A DNA stretch of 64,000 nucleotides from the IMG/VR virus record IMGVR_UViG_3300014204_000003, positions 1 to 64,000 of that record; one strand, given 5' to 3'. Numbering within the stretch: position 1 is the stretch's first letter; each line of letters begins with the position of its first letter. Below, one piece after another: positions 27,270-38,784 of this stretch. This DNA comes from a virus (Duplodnaviria > Heunggongvirae > Uroviricota > Caudoviricetes). A program made the position numbers and the translations under genes. The notes under the pieces were generated by a model. The model was not told the DNA's origin and ran no database searches. It was given only the letters and a program-made list of their open reading frames with translations.

Positions 27270-28163
27270 TTAAACATCCACCCCCTTTGGAAACTGCAAC
27301 CATTCTTTACCGTCCAGGAGATGGCCGGCTGCTTTCTTACCGACGCGGATCATGTACGCCTCTCCCGTGTCGGGATCAATTGGCCTTCCGTTCCATCCGG
27401 TAGTGCTTGGGAACCATTCTCCGTCCATAGCCAAAACTCCAAAATCCTTTGAATTAACGTATTCGGATTTGACCGCCCATTCCCCCCACTGCTTAAAGTG
27501 GAATGGCACACTTGCCGCTACGCACTGATCCCGTAGTGACCTTACCCAATCCGGATGCATTGGACGCGCTCCGGGGCCGGACTCGCCGCCAACAATAACC
27601 CACCAATTTCTCAGGTCTAATCCGATCCGATTGAATCCAGAGACTTTCCTAAAATCGATCGGTCCCAGAAGAGGTTCACAAGAAATAAACTTGATGGCTG
27701 CCGGAGTCTGGAGAAGCAGCGGGATCCGCTCATCGGCTGTGGCTTGGTCCTCGACGGAGACTCCGATCCAGACGTTGGGGAGCGGGGCGTATCCTTGGCG
27801 CTTAAACCACTCCAGCATTCGCAATGGCCGCTTTGTCAAAATCTGGTATGTGTGCTGCGGAGTGTCCCGCATTACATACCAAATTTCATAAATGAAATCG
27901 CTTAGTACCCTATCATGAAAAAGGTCGCCCATAAGCCCAACCGCAATCTTGCGCGGTTTCCACCAGTGAAGCGGCTGCTCCAAGCGTTCATAGAATAGCC
28001 GCACATGCCCATCCCACCCTTGGGGATACTCGTCGTGATAGTGCAGTCGGGCCTGCCTTTCCGCCCAGCAATGGGTGCAGCCATCGGAAATCTTACTGCA
28101 CCCTACGATTGGGTTGAACGTGATATCAGTCCAAGAAATACCATTTTTACTCTGTGTGGACAT
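27270..28163 (-). CDS. phage Gp37/Gp68-family protein (DUF5131-like)
   Basis: N-terminal ISWTDITFNPIVGCSKISDGCTHCWAE matches the family's conserved IxWTD...NP..GC...S.GC..CYA block. Confidence 0.6.
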   Translation of the reverse strand: MSTQSKNGISWTDITFNPIVGCSKISDGCTHCWAERQARLHYHDEYPQGWDGHVRLFYERLEQPLHWWKPRKIAVGLMGDLFHDRVLSDFIYEIWYVMRDTPQHTYQILTKRPLRMLEWFKRQGYAPLPNVWIGVSVEDQATADERIPLLLQTPAAIKFISCEPLLGPIDFRKVSGFNRIGLDLRNWWVIVGGESGPGARPMHPDWVRSLRDQCVAASVPFHFKQWGEWAVKSEYVNSKDFGVLAMDGEWFPSTTGWNGRPIDPDTGEAYMIRVGKKAAGHLLDGKEWLQFPKGVDV

Positions 28164-28581
28164 AATGACTCCTAAAATGGCAAGACATGCACAAAGGAAC
28201 TACGTCTAATTCATGCCCACGATATCCACGATGATGATGGTAGTGGGTTGATGGTTTTCCACAAGAACGGATGCAATCAGTCACTGGTTTAATTTGCCCA
28301 CGTTTTATCGCGTTCCGTATAGCATCATGAGCCTTTTGGACTGCGTGACGATCTTCTGTCGGAATTCTTTCCAATCTTGTTTTGACGCAGGCACAAGAAA
28401 TACATTTTCTTGCTATTCCGTCATGCCTTGATTTGTCACTATAGAATTCAATCATTAGTTTCCAGGTTTTGCATTTCCAGCACCAACTATATCCTGATTC
28501 CAGTTTCTCAAGATACTGGACTAGGGTTAGCCCCAACCTTTTTGCCTGTGCCTTCATTGCTCCTAGATGAGTCTGTGCCAC
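28147..28581 (-). CDS. hypothetical zinc-finger protein
   Basis: Multiple CxxC/HxxxH pairs (CWKCKTW, CISCAC, CMSCHFRSH). Confidence 0.4.
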   Translation of the reverse strand: MAQTHLGAMKAQAKRLGLTLVQYLEKLESGYSWCWKCKTWKLMIEFYSDKSRHDGIARKCISCACVKTRLERIPTEDRHAVQKAHDAIRNAIKRGQIKPVTDCIRSCGKPSTHYHHHRGYRGHELDVVPLCMSCHFRSHYVHTE

Positions 28582-28812
28582 TTACTTTCCCCACCTAATC
28601 GCTATATTTTGCCGACCCATCTCCTTCATCCTGCGCGGACCCTTTGACAACCCCAACCGGTGTCCCTTGAAAACCACCGACGAGACTTTGCGCCCGAGCT
28701 TTTCAGCGACCTCCGCATTGCTATGATTCCGATATAGTGATTTTAATGTCTTTACCTCTTCTTTCGTCCACCTGGGTCTAACGCCTTTTGGTTTGATTCC
28801 CATAATTGACAT
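28582..28812 (-). CDS. small DNA-binding (HTH/sigma-region-4-like) protein
   Basis: WTKEEVKTLKSLYRNHSNAEVAEKLGRK has a helix-turn-helix pattern. Confidence 0.4.
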   Translation of the reverse strand: MSIMGIKPKGVRPRWTKEEVKTLKSLYRNHSNAEVAEKLGRKVSSVVFKGHRLGLSKGPRRMKEMGRQNIAIRWGK

Positions 28813-28818
28813 CCTCCT

Positions 28819-29535
28819 TTAATTAATTACCTTGAATGAAATTACCCACACCATGGGGTTGCTCTTCCAAGGCGCACGTTTTGAATTTATAGCATCCCAA
28901 CTGATAGAGAATGATTTCCGGTATCCGTGAGGAGCAAAGTCGCTAACGTATGTGCCGTCAAGCGCCTCAACCCCTTCCGCCTGCGCATCAGCTTCCGTGA
29001 TTTCCTGCAACCGTTGCACCTTGACCTCAATAATCTCGAGAAGAATCCTTGAAGCCCAGCGATGCATAAAAATTGACGGCCGCTTTTTGGCCGGTCTATA
29101 TTCAGCAATATGAGGATTTGCCTTCTTCCAAAGACTGATCCCATCAGCCTCATACAGAACATTCACCCCAATCCTGTAATCGGAATCTACGAATCGATGG
29201 CATTCCTTGACCCATAGCCGACCTCCCACGGGTCCATACGGGAAATTGAAATAATTATTGTCGGAATCAATTACGCGATAACCATCAACTTTAATCCAGT
29301 GGAGCTTTCCACCATGCCGACGACTATCACGAGAAGTGGTATCCACCAGTCTGGATAGAGAATAATCAATATTCGGAGGTTGATACCTCATTATCCGCCT
29401 GGTTTGGGTTTTACGCCCTTCCCGGATTGCCCGGATCATGGGCGCCGAAAATAGTATCGGATATTCGCTAGGCTCTGACATTGAACGGCAATACCTTGGC
29501 TTTCCGCTTTCGCCTCTGACTTCCAGATACCACAT
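28819..29535 (-). CDS. hypothetical protein
   Basis: 238-aa ORF. Confidence 0.4.
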   Translation of the reverse strand: MWYLEVRGESGKPRYCRSMSEPSEYPILFSAPMIRAIREGRKTQTRRIMRYQPPNIDYSLSRLVDTTSRDSRRHGGKLHWIKVDGYRVIDSDNNYFNFPYGPVGGRLWVKECHRFVDSDYRIGVNVLYEADGISLWKKANPHIAEYRPAKKRPSIFMHRWASRILLEIIEVKVQRLQEITEADAQAEGVEALDGTYVSDFAPHGYRKSFSISWDAINSKRAPWKSNPMVWVISFKVIN

Positions 29536-29851
29536 ATGGGATATCTGGGTAGTTATCCTCGAAAAGCTTTTTCCTTATCGTAAAATCCCTGACAATCATC
29601 CCTTTGAATTCCCAAACCTCACGATGACCATCATTGAAGGTTACAACGAAATCGACTTTATGCCGGCCGACCACATGGCCATTAAGGCCTTTGAGTTTGA
29701 ATACCTCTTGCCGGCTGACTGACTTGACCTGACCGCACCGGATAAGAAGGTCAATATCACGGGCTAGGGAAGCTTCGCCTTTGGAATCATAAGTGATCCC
29801 TTCATATTCCGTTTTCTTGGCGTGATATTTGCTAAACCCCTTCCACGTCAC
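29468..29851 (-). CDS. hypothetical protein (possible small nuclease fold)
   Basis: 127 aa with the pattern ITYDSKGEASLARDIDLL...HKVDFVV...EVWEFKG. Tentative. Confidence 0.35.
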   Translation of the reverse strand: MTWKGFSKYHAKKTEYEGITYDSKGEASLARDIDLLIRCGQVKSVSRQEVFKLKGLNGHVVGRHKVDFVVTFNDGHREVWEFKGMIVRDFTIRKKLFEDNYPDIPYVVSGSQRRKRKAKVLPFNVRA

Positions 29852-30107
29852 TTTGAACCTCTTCTTCTACGCGCTTGCGAATTTTTTTTACTGTTGCCCG
29901 GTCGAAGGAATAAATACCGTATTCTTGGCCTTCTTCTATTTCGCCCTTCTCTGCAATTATCATGATTGAAGGATCGTCTTCATCTTGAATGACTCTAATC
30001 TTTTCTGGAAAAGGCATCCGGTCTCCTATTTTACTGCCCCAGGGACGGAAGTGTTAGACGATGAGCCAACTTCTAACACTTCCGGGCTCCCCCCCGAGAC
30101 ATTCTCG

Positions 30108-30941
30108 TTATCTGTTTACGTCATAAACCTTGGAAACATCGGAACCGACAATGAAGGTAGCGTTCTTGGCCGCAGCCTCTTTCAGCATTTTAATGTTCTC
30201 GAGTTGCAGGAATTGGCTTGGAGAAAGCTGCATCTTTTCCCTATAAGCATTATCGGCAGCCGCCCTGGATTCTTCCGCCATCTTTCTTTGATCTTCGGCG
30301 AGTTTTCGTTGCTGTTCTGTCATTTGACGCTGTTCTTGGGTAGCCGTCTCTATCCTCTGATGCTTAATGCTGTCAGGAGGGTTAGCTTTCCCGACAGTGA
30401 TATCCACGAGCCGCACAGGGAGATTGGCTTTCTTAATATAAACCTCCATCTGCTGAGACACTTCTGTATCGATCGCCTCTATGGCTATAGTTGAGATAGC
30501 GGTTTCGTTCATTCCGTGTTTTCTAACTGCCTGCCGGACCCGGTTGCGCATTTCTGCCAATACATTATTTTCGTACCATTGAGGACCGAATTCCTTAATC
30601 AGGCGGACTGAATCTATTATCTTAAGCCTAATAACCGCATCGAAATCCAGCGGGACGCCATCAGAAGACATCAAATCATCGAAATGCACAGTGAACTGAA
30701 TTGGTTGCATATTCACATAAATGTCTTGAGTTGTGAACGCCGCAAGCGTCAACCCGGTTGACACGGGTTTCGGATCAACCCCTCCATGGCCGAAGAATAG
30801 GGGCTTCTTAACCAAGACAGCCTCTTGGCCGGCATCTGGAGATACCACGGTGCATCCGGTGGCAAACAGAAGAAGCAGAAAGGCCATCATGAATAAAGCC
30901 AAAGCTTGCAAATATCTTGCACAAAAATAATTCGTTCTCAT
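30108..30941 (-). CDS. SPFH/band-7 (stomatin/prohibitin-like) membrane protein
   Basis: N-terminal transmembrane segment followed by an SPFH-like core and a long coiled-coil tail (QEQRQMTEQQRKLAEDQRKMAEESR). Confidence 0.6.
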   Translation of the reverse strand: MRTNYFCARYLQALALFMMAFLLLLFATGCTVVSPDAGQEAVLVKKPLFFGHGGVDPKPVSTGLTLAAFTTQDIYVNMQPIQFTVHFDDLMSSDGVPLDFDAVIRLKIIDSVRLIKEFGPQWYENNVLAEMRNRVRQAVRKHGMNETAISTIAIEAIDTEVSQQMEVYIKKANLPVRLVDITVGKANPPDSIKHQRIETATQEQRQMTEQQRKLAEDQRKMAEESRAAADNAYREKMQLSPSQFLQLENIKMLKEAAAKNATFIVGSDVSKVYDVNR

Positions 30942-30956
30942 AATCCTCCTTAAAGG

Positions 30957-31301
30957 TTATTTTCTTGATTTGGGGTCATTTTGATTTGCACGATAATACG
31001 CCGCGGTTTCTCCTTCTTTACGACAACTTTGCCTTATATCTTCTAGCCTCTTTTCGGCCGCCAAGCATTCCTCGCACCTGGCCGGACCATACATACCGTT
31101 TTTCAGATACTTGCCAATCAATAGACAGTAAGCCTGATTATTGGATGTCGTCGGGTTATCCTGCATGGGACAGATAGAGCAATATTTATTCCCTGACCCT
31201 ATTTCAACCACAATAAGATGGCGCGGGTTCCTATTACTAACTTTCGGACGGGAAACTGGGGTGCGCATTGGGTTCTCTCCATCCGTTAATGATGTTCGCA
31301 T
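30957..31301 (-). CDS. hypothetical Cys-rich protein
   Basis: CSICPMQ...CEEC motif. Confidence 0.35.
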   Translation of the reverse strand: MRTSLTDGENPMRTPVSRPKVSNRNPRHLIVVEIGSGNKYCSICPMQDNPTTSNNQAYCLLIGKYLKNGMYGPARCEECLAAEKRLEDIRQSCRKEGETAAYYRANQNDPKSRK

Positions 31302-33809
31302 AATGATCGGGTATGCGCTTCTTACCGGTCCGCCATTTAAACACCGTAGTTTGCCGGACCTGCAAGCTTTCCGCTACATCAGAATCTTCCATGCAATAAC
31401 GATTCATCATGGATTTTAATTCGTTGGCGTCCATACTCTCCTACATTGCTAAATTGGTCCCGAAGACAACCCACTCGATTTTCTCGCCGGACAAGGTAAC
31501 ATGATCGCTGCGGTCATCTTCCCCTAATTCGGCATCCTTTTTCATGAAATCGCACCTTCCGAAATGTTTCGCATGGAATCTCCAGATTCCGCCATCGTCA
31601 TAAGATGCCTCGAGAACAGTCCCATCTGAGAATGCAAGAAACCGGCGATCTCCGACATAGAGTCCGGCCGCGCAATAGCTGAACTCTTCGGAGATATCTC
31701 CTTCAATTTCGATCAAATCATCACTTGCTCCATTTATCTCGATCATAGGAACCTCCTAAAATTTGAGATTACTTACCATTCTTTCAGCAAGAATAAGCGA
31801 TGCTTGACGCTGAATTTCAACCGCAAGAACCTTTGGCTGGATGCTCGCAACGATTTCATTGTAATTCATTTCTACAAATCGTTCGGCCATGCCCCGGATA
31901 ACTTGATCGTAGAGGATCCTGCTAAGTTGCGAAGCCTGTTTATTAAGCACATCCTCCATTGGGCATTCGGCTATAACTTGAAGGGTCTGAGTATTATCCG
32001 GGTTCTGTTTTTTTTGAATGATATAGAAAACATCAATCCCCCTATTGCATCCAAAGCTTCGGATTTTTAAAATGGCGCATCAGAAAACGCTTCCAGAATA
32101 TCGGTCTATCAACCGATAACTTTATAACCGGGATATGGATACCAGAACATTCGCTCGGATACCTTGCAGATGTCCATAGAACATGATCTTGATTTTTAGC
32201 AGAGAACGCGTCCCCGACCTGCACTTCATCGGTGATTTCCACCCTTTCAAGAATAATACCCCAACGACAGAAATCTGGGCTTATGCATCTAACCCATACA
32301 CGTGATTTATAGAACTCAATCTCTGTTATGCAACCATATCTAGTCGACAATATATAACCCTCTTTCTATAAAAGCAAACAGATTTCGTATTATATAACCA
32401 TTATCTGTTTACATTGACCATGTTTTTTTCCATTCACCCCCGCAGTGGTTGCATAAAAACCAAGCTGAATTGCGTTTATCGTCGCTGGCTACCATTATGG
32501 ACCCAGACACTTTGCAATTCGGACACTGCGCGACACACGTATTAAAGATATCCAAGGTTATATTGAGCCCTACGGGTCCAAACTTTTTCTCTATCCGGTC
32601 CATGTCTTCCTTGGATATTTTTGACACGCCAATCTTTTGATACCTTCTACTCGTACCATGATTGCCCTCAAGTCCGGCAATGGCATTCCATAATCCACGA
32701 GCAACACGTTTTACGGCCGACAGGGCGAGTTTCAACATTGCCATTCTCCTTACATATAGGGCAGACTCTCATTTCGAGTTCTTGCCGCCAATCTCGATTA
32801 ACAGATGGATTTATTCTTTCTCTGGCTGTTTGAGTTTGCATGATGGCTCCTGCATCACGGTCTCTGCATTTTCCTTTTTATTTTCGGCATCTATCCCGCG
32901 GATCCCGATAAATTTGCAAATTCCCCACATATCAATATCCAATCCGGCTTTCTTATAACACTGATGCCATATTGTGGGAGTTACAAACTGCTCGTCTGGA
33001 ATAGGTCGGATTATTGGCAGGGAGGGCTCTGCGATCTCATACGGTCCGACATGTTCCCGCTCTCCGCATAATTGGCATTCGTAAACCAGGTTTACACTTA
33101 TCATTTTGACCTCCGGAAAGGATTAAGCTTACAAACCCGGTTCCAGAATATCCAATACCACGGCGCTGGAGTAGTTTCATAATCAACAGACACAGAGAAT
33201 AATTCCTGATCGTCGGCCATTATTGAAATATTGCGCTGGTACGAATTCCCATCTAAATGGATAGCGGGACCTGTTTTTGTATAAACATTGGCGCCGGCCA
33301 TCTTGGCAGTTTTAATTACAGGTTTAAATTGATCAGGTATCGGAATGGATACATATTGTCCTGGCATTAATCTTACAGTTTTTCCGGTATATCTCTTCAC
33401 CCAATCCTCCTAATGAACGGTAGTATTATTGTGGGGGCCCTTTTTACCTGCTTTTATCGCCATATCCTTCCAGAAGGAAGCAAGTAAACGATATACTACG
33501 GCTTGCGCTGAAGGTTCGAGATTTTCAACGAACCGTGGTTCAATGAAAGTTACCAACTTGGGGCTTCCTTTGCTGTCTATCCCCATAGATGTAAGGCATA
33601 AATAATTACCGAATTCTTTGGACATATTAAGATGCCAATCATGTCTAAGCTTATTCATATGCCCATTGACATTCTTATTAGACAATTCATGGAATTCATC
33701 ATCACAATTGCATCTCTCCCCGTATTCATTGGAATTGCAATCGCAATATTAGTTCAGTTTCACGTGAAACTTATCCATTAGGAATTTAAGCAGTTTCATT
33801 TTATTACCC

Positions 33810-34343
33810 TTACTCCTTTGCTGGTTTCGGTTTGGTGTCGGCCAATAGCATTGCAATGTATTGACCGGCCTTTTCATAGCTCCATGCATGAATGGAACGA
33901 CCACCCTTAGTCGTATCTTCACCTTTGAACATTTCCTCAGCAGTGGAATAGATGGTCGAGTCTTCCCAGTCGATCGATATCACTCTTTTCCGCCATCCGA
34001 TTTTGAATCTTCCCCGGGTGGTCGTGACAATAAACCATGGAAGATGCCGGCAGCAATAATCGGGGCAATATCCATTTGGGATCTCATCAACGTAAATCGG
34101 CTGGGGGAATAAGGCGAGAATCTGTCTTTTCTCATTCCGTGCCCTTTCTTGGGCATCAGGATCGTTCTTGATGGTATTGGCATCAATTTCCTTTTGGATA
34201 TCCTCTGCCTTTTTATCAATTATAAATGATTCTTTTTGGGTAAGTTCCCGACCGCAGGCGATCCAAATCTGGATCCCGAAATGCCTCATGCTGCCGAATA
34301 ATTCGCTTTTGTGGACCAGTTTGTAGTCTGTTTCCTTGATCAT
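33810..34343 (-). CDS. hypothetical protein
   Basis: 177-aa ORF. Confidence 0.4.
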   Translation of the reverse strand: MIKETDYKLVHKSELFGSMRHFGIQIWIACGRELTQKESFIIDKKAEDIQKEIDANTIKNDPDAQERARNEKRQILALFPQPIYVDEIPNGYCPDYCCRHLPWFIVTTTRGRFKIGWRKRVISIDWEDSTIYSTAEEMFKGEDTTKGGRSIHAWSYEKAGQYIAMLLADTKPKPAKE

Positions 34344-34864
34344 GCTTGGCCTTTCTGTATTTTTAGGAGTTTGTACTCTGCCTTTTTATAGGCTTCCTGG
34401 GCTTCTGTCTGTATCTGGTCGGAATTCTTGAGCTTTTCCAGCAGCAAATTAATTTGATTATTAATGTTTTCATAGTCTAACTTGGCGCTATTAATAGCCA
34501 TTGAGCAGGCGACCATCCGTTCTTTGCAATCGCTGATTTCCTGATTGCTCAGCTCCACGCTAGGGCATGAGTATCCGCCAGTATTCGAGACTTTTTTATC
34601 CGAAGGCGGAAAGTTCTCCTCCATAATCTTTTTGATTTCTTCGTCTGGCCATAGGCTCCCAACTGGAAGAAGAAACCTTTGAACATACTCGATAAGTTCC
34701 CGCCTTCGATTTCGGTTCTTATCGATTACCTCTTGATCTTCTTTGCAATCATTCAGAAGGGATGCCAGCCTTTCCGATTCGGAATTAATGCGCCGACTCA
34801 ATTTGATAATTTCATATTTTAGGATTTTGAATACCGTATCATTTCCTGATTCCATATTCCCCAA
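34340..34864 (-). CDS. hypothetical coiled-coil protein
   Basis: 174 aa. The start overlaps the downstream gene by 4 nt, a typical operon junction. Confidence 0.4.
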   Translation of the reverse strand: MGNMESGNDTVFKILKYEIIKLSRRINSESERLASLLNDCKEDQEVIDKNRNRRRELIEYVQRFLLPVGSLWPDEEIKKIMEENFPPSDKKVSNTGGYSCPSVELSNQEISDCKERMVACSMAINSAKLDYENINNQINLLLEKLKNSDQIQTEAQEAYKKAEYKLLKIQKGQA

Positions 34865-35144
34865 CCTCCGCCGTTTGAATACTGTGGTGCTCCGTATAAA
34901 CCATTTTGCCAGTCAAACGCTTGGTGTCCCAAGATGTTGTTCCCGAGTTTCCGCATTTAACTAAATACTTGGCTCCGTCGTCGTAGAATCTGTAGGCCCG
35001 GCATCCATCATAATCAAAAAGAACATCCACTTTTATCTCTGAATTGGTGGATTGCTCTCTTTTGACCGGATCACTGCTGCAAGCTGAAAGGATGAGCAAC
35101 ATAAAAAACGAGACGCATTTAAGTTTCATTCTCCATTCTCCCAT
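34839..35144 (-). CDS. putative lipoprotein
   Basis: MKLKCVSFFMLLILSACSS is a lipobox-like signal (LSAC). Confidence 0.45.
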   Translation of the reverse strand: MGEWRMKLKCVSFFMLLILSACSSDPVKREQSTNSEIKVDVLFDYDGCRAYRFYDDGAKYLVKCGNSGTTSWDTKRLTGKMVYTEHHSIQTAEVGEYGIRK

Positions 35145-35680
35145 CTATTCTGGAATACGGGAAACACACGTAATCCGTTTTGCCTCCACATGTCACAGAC
35201 ACTTGGCCTGTCGTCTATGCAGAACAGAATTTCATAACGGTCTTTGATCCTAATTAGAGACATTTCCTTGAGAAGCCTATCGTCTCTTTTGTCACCGTCG
35301 CACCTTGGCATCCATAGACCGTCATAATCGACCCCATGGAGCTTCAACCACTCAACCGTGTCTTTTTCTATGCTTAGTCTGCGGCCGGTTACGATCAATA
35401 TTTTTATGCCGGAATCTCTGATGGCTTTTACCCATTCGATAACGCCAGTATTGGGAATGTCATTTTTTACCTCACCATAAAATGAATCCCAATCCTTTTT
35501 TGGGCCTGTTATAAAGTGAAGACGAGAATCAAGATTTGTGAGAGTCCCATCAATATCTACAATGACGGCTGGATACTTCATTCCCTTCCGCCTCCTTCCT
35601 CCGGTTTTATGCAAACGATTGAACCCCATAAGCCGAAGAAGAATAATTCCACTCCAGCGGCAAATAAAATGATTCGCCAA
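35126..35680 (-). CDS. HAD-superfamily phosphatase (polynucleotide 3'-phosphatase-like)
   Basis: VIVDIDGTLT is HAD motif I (DxDGT). ILIVTGR and FCIDDR are downstream motifs. Resembles the phosphatase domain of phage Pnkp. Confidence 0.65.
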   Translation of the reverse strand: MANHFICRWSGIILLRLMGFNRLHKTGGRRRKGMKYPAVIVDIDGTLTNLDSRLHFITGPKKDWDSFYGEVKNDIPNTGVIEWVKAIRDSGIKILIVTGRRLSIEKDTVEWLKLHGVDYDGLWMPRCDGDKRDDRLLKEMSLIRIKDRYEILFCIDDRPSVCDMWRQNGLRVFPVFQNRWENGE

Positions 35681-35843
35681 TCAAACATCTGGAATAGCGC
35701 TACGTGGACCGCAAACCACCCAATGAGCATTATGGATACTGAGGTATATGCTGATTTTGGTTGATCCTTCATGCCTCTCCATTTTATTTGTGGGGGATCC
35801 TAATATCAAACTACTGGACCCCCCACATTGTAATTTAATTCAA

Positions 35844-36320
35844 CTACGGTTGACATGTTGCATCCACGGCACAGTGTCCGAGATATGTGATGTATTCCTG
35901 GATGCAACCAGGATGATTAACACAGTAAGCTGCAAGGGCTAAGAAGCCTGTATAGCCTAGTGAAAGTAAAACCGTAGTGCCATTGAGCTGCCACCAACTG
36001 CCGGGCACCTTTGCCGCGGCTTGGAGTTCAGGAGGCAGCCAGAATATAGGGCTTGCTTGCAGGGCAGCACAGCGATCTTTCATCATACTGATATAGGCCT
36101 GCTGCTGGGCAAGTTGCATACACACTCCGTTTGGGGCACGTACCTCTCCTGCAATGGAACACGGACCATAGGTTGAAAAGTCCGCGTTAGACAAGATGAG
36201 GTCACATTCAGAAAACGACTGAGATCTGGAAGTTGGAACCATCATGAGCATGAGTATGAGCGATAAGGCAACTGATGGTGCGGTTACTTTACGCATATAA
36301 TGCTCCTTGAAATGCACCAT
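35844..36320 (-). CDS. hypothetical secreted Cys-rich protein
   Basis: Signal-peptide-like N-terminus and more than 10 cysteines. Confidence 0.4.
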   Translation of the reverse strand: MVHFKEHYMRKVTAPSVALSLILMLMMVPTSRSQSFSECDLILSNADFSTYGPCSIAGEVRAPNGVCMQLAQQQAYISMMKDRCAALQASPIFWLPPELQAAAKVPGSWWQLNGTTVLLSLGYTGFLALAAYCVNHPGCIQEYITYLGHCAVDATCQP

Positions 36321-36563
36321 GAAATTATGATGCCGTATTTTATCCTCTTGAATGCTTTGCTTCTTTGAGGGAGATCATTTTAATCCTCCAAATCCTCTTC
36401 GATTTTCTTGATACCCTTGGACGTTTGCTCTAAAAGCCTATCGTCTCCGTCCATGATTTTTACCGGAGCTTTCGCAACATCCACAATGATTCGGACGGGC
36501 ATTTCCACCAGGTCGGCTAATACCTTAAAGATACTCATTTGCATCGCTCCATTTCCGCCAGGG

Positions 36564-37352
36564 TTATGAATAAAAATCCAGCAATCCCTGGCATTCGTGA
36601 TCTTTGGGAACGCTATCGTTTGATAACCACCACTGGTATAGTTCATTGGAATCATTAAAATACCTCTCTCCAAACCAAACTCTTCCGTCTCGCTGATTTG
36701 TGCCAGCGCGGTTACTCCAGATAATTTTAAAGAGTCTTTCCCATGCCCTATAAAAGTGGGGGTATCTCATTAACTCTGATTTTTTATTACTGCTCATCGG
36801 GCAGCCAACGCATCCAAGGCGCTTGAACCCTTGGTCGTAGAGGTCGCAATATGGGATATTCCTACCCTTAATAAATTGCCAAACCTCTGAATCTGTCCAA
36901 TTAACGATTGGGGAAACTACATATTGGCCGGTCTTGGTATGTGCCGTAATTTCCTTCCAAGTCTTCGCCCTTCGCGCGGATTCAGCGGCGCGAACGCCAA
37001 AAATCATTACTGATCCAATGGGAGATTTGCTTTCCTTGTATTCTTCGCAGCACCATCTTGCCCTGCGTGTTGGGAATCCTCGCGTTTCGGCCATCTTGAA
37101 AAATGGAATTTTGGGTGCATCCCAAATAGCATCAGGATGATGCTTTTTAATAAATCTGCACAACTCAGGCGGGTCGATAGTGGTGACGCTGTAATGCCAG
37201 ATGACGTTAATATTCCCAAGCCGCGCAATTTCCTTGATGACGCATGAATCCTTGCCGCCAGAAAAACATCCGTAATATGGGCGATCTTTGGGCTGGTACA
37301 TTCGCAGGAGTTCAATCGCTCGCTCAACTTTGTCGCCGAATAAGTCATTCAT
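36564..37352 (-). CDS. PAPS-reductase-family (PP-loop ATP pyrophosphatase) protein
   Basis: YGCFSGGKDSCV is the SGGKDS PP-loop motif. A C-terminal GCVGCP cysteine pair occurs as in CysH/DndC-like phage proteins. Confidence 0.7.
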   Translation of the reverse strand: MNDLFGDKVERAIELLRMYQPKDRPYYGCFSGGKDSCVIKEIARLGNINVIWHYSVTTIDPPELCRFIKKHHPDAIWDAPKIPFFKMAETRGFPTRRARWCCEEYKESKSPIGSVMIFGVRAAESARRAKTWKEITAHTKTGQYVVSPIVNWTDSEVWQFIKGRNIPYCDLYDQGFKRLGCVGCPMSSNKKSELMRYPHFYRAWERLFKIIWSNRAGTNQRDGRVWFGERYFNDSNELYQWWLSNDSVPKDHECQGLLDFYS

Positions 37353-37752
37353 GTTTTGCCATTTCCGCCAGGGTTTCGGAGGCGAGATTAGAAGCTTTTC
37401 TAGATCCCAAGATAACCCCTTTCGAAAATGACGCCACGGTTAGTAAGGTGCAATCAACATCTATCCGAACTTCAGGATTATCCCTAATCCCCTCCAACCC
37501 CTTCTTTGCCACCTCAAGCTGGCGGGTGAGGGATTCATAGCCAAACAGGAATGCATCCCATAATGAGCCGTCAACATGTTCAGGATACGCAGCCCACTTT
37601 TTAGAGTTCTGATATCGCTCGGACTTTTTGTATTGCTCCCAAGCGATAATTCTTGGATCATCTTTTGGTAAAGCGGTAGCGGTGCTCATCCCTTCACTTC
37701 CTTTCCTTATTGGGCAATGGTGACTTGAAAAGTAATCCCACAGTGGGGGCAT
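37345..37752 (-). CDS. hypothetical protein
   Basis: 135-aa ORF. Confidence 0.4.
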   Translation of the reverse strand: MPPLWDYFSSHHCPIRKGSEGMSTATALPKDDPRIIAWEQYKKSERYQNSKKWAAYPEHVDGSLWDAFLFGYESLTRQLEVAKKGLEGIRDNPEVRIDVDCTLLTVASFSKGVILGSRKASNLASETLAEMAKHE

Positions 37753-37866
37753 AAATACATGTCATAGCTCTCACCATCGGAATAGTCTCTAGACTCGATC
37801 ACTCGTGCATCAGGATGGAACCATTCATAAGGAGTTCCGTCACTGGGAGTTTCTTCGGTACAAAGT

Positions 37867-38784
37867 TTACGGTCGGGCATCCTTCACTTCCTTTCCGTAG
37901 GTGGCGTGGTAGGATTCGACGGCCCTTAAAACAAAATCAGCACACCCATAAATTGCTGGCGATATGCAATAATCATGGTTTAACTTGATACTGGTATTGT
38001 ATGTCTGTGCAATTTCAATCACCTTCTCCGCCGCCGCCAATTGGGCCTTAAGGGTGGCAATCTCATCAAGATACTCTTCAGTATCTCGTACATAGTCAGA
38101 GGCTTGATCCTTCAGGTTTGCCTTGAGGGTGGCAAGCTCCGCTCTCAGGTTGATAGCGTCTTGGCCGTATTTCTTGACCTGCACGTTAACCATGAAATCA
38201 TTTTCGGTTTTATAGGCAACAAATTCCTCATCCTTCGCCTTGAGGGCGGCAAGGAACTTCGGCATTTTCTCTTCGAGATGTGCCAACAGATCATCCCTGG
38301 TCTCAATCCCGTCCGGGATCGTCCCAATATGCACCGGTACCTTATTGCCATCGGAATCAAACACGAAATTATCTTCGAGGCGGGTGTGGAGCCTATCAAT
38401 TTCCGCTTGTGAGATATGCCAAGGAGTCCAGTATCCATCATCCATCCGGATTGCCATTGGGCTTGTAGGACCGTTCCAGCGCACTCCATAACGGGGCAAA
38501 GTTTCTCCTTCAGGAAGAGAGATGATTATTTGCAAAGGTTCCGGCTTCATTCCCTCAAGTTCACTCACTCTTGCAGTCAGGCGGGAGATTTCGGTTTGCT
38601 GCGGTGCCATCCAGTAGTTTTCACAGTCCACACATACCAATAGACCATCTATTTTAAAGAATTCCGATGGCTTGATATTCGTGGAGCCGCATTTGGGACA
38701 TTTGCCGTTGGACTCTGCCATTAGATTTCCTCTTTCCAGATTAAATTTACTTCTCGAATGAATTCCCCATTGTCGCTTTCGCAT
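37867..38784 (-). CDS. hypothetical zinc-ribbon/coiled-coil protein
   Basis: N-terminal CPKCGS...CVDC, then long coiled coils. Confidence 0.4.
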   Translation of the reverse strand: MRKRQWGIHSRSKFNLERGNLMAESNGKCPKCGSTNIKPSEFFKIDGLLVCVDCENYWMAPQQTEISRLTARVSELEGMKPEPLQIIISLPEGETLPRYGVRWNGPTSPMAIRMDDGYWTPWHISQAEIDRLHTRLEDNFVFDSDGNKVPVHIGTIPDGIETRDDLLAHLEEKMPKFLAALKAKDEEFVAYKTENDFMVNVQVKKYGQDAINLRAELATLKANLKDQASDYVRDTEEYLDEIATLKAQLAAAEKVIEIAQTYNTSIKLNHDYCISPAIYGCADFVLRAVESYHATYGKEVKDARP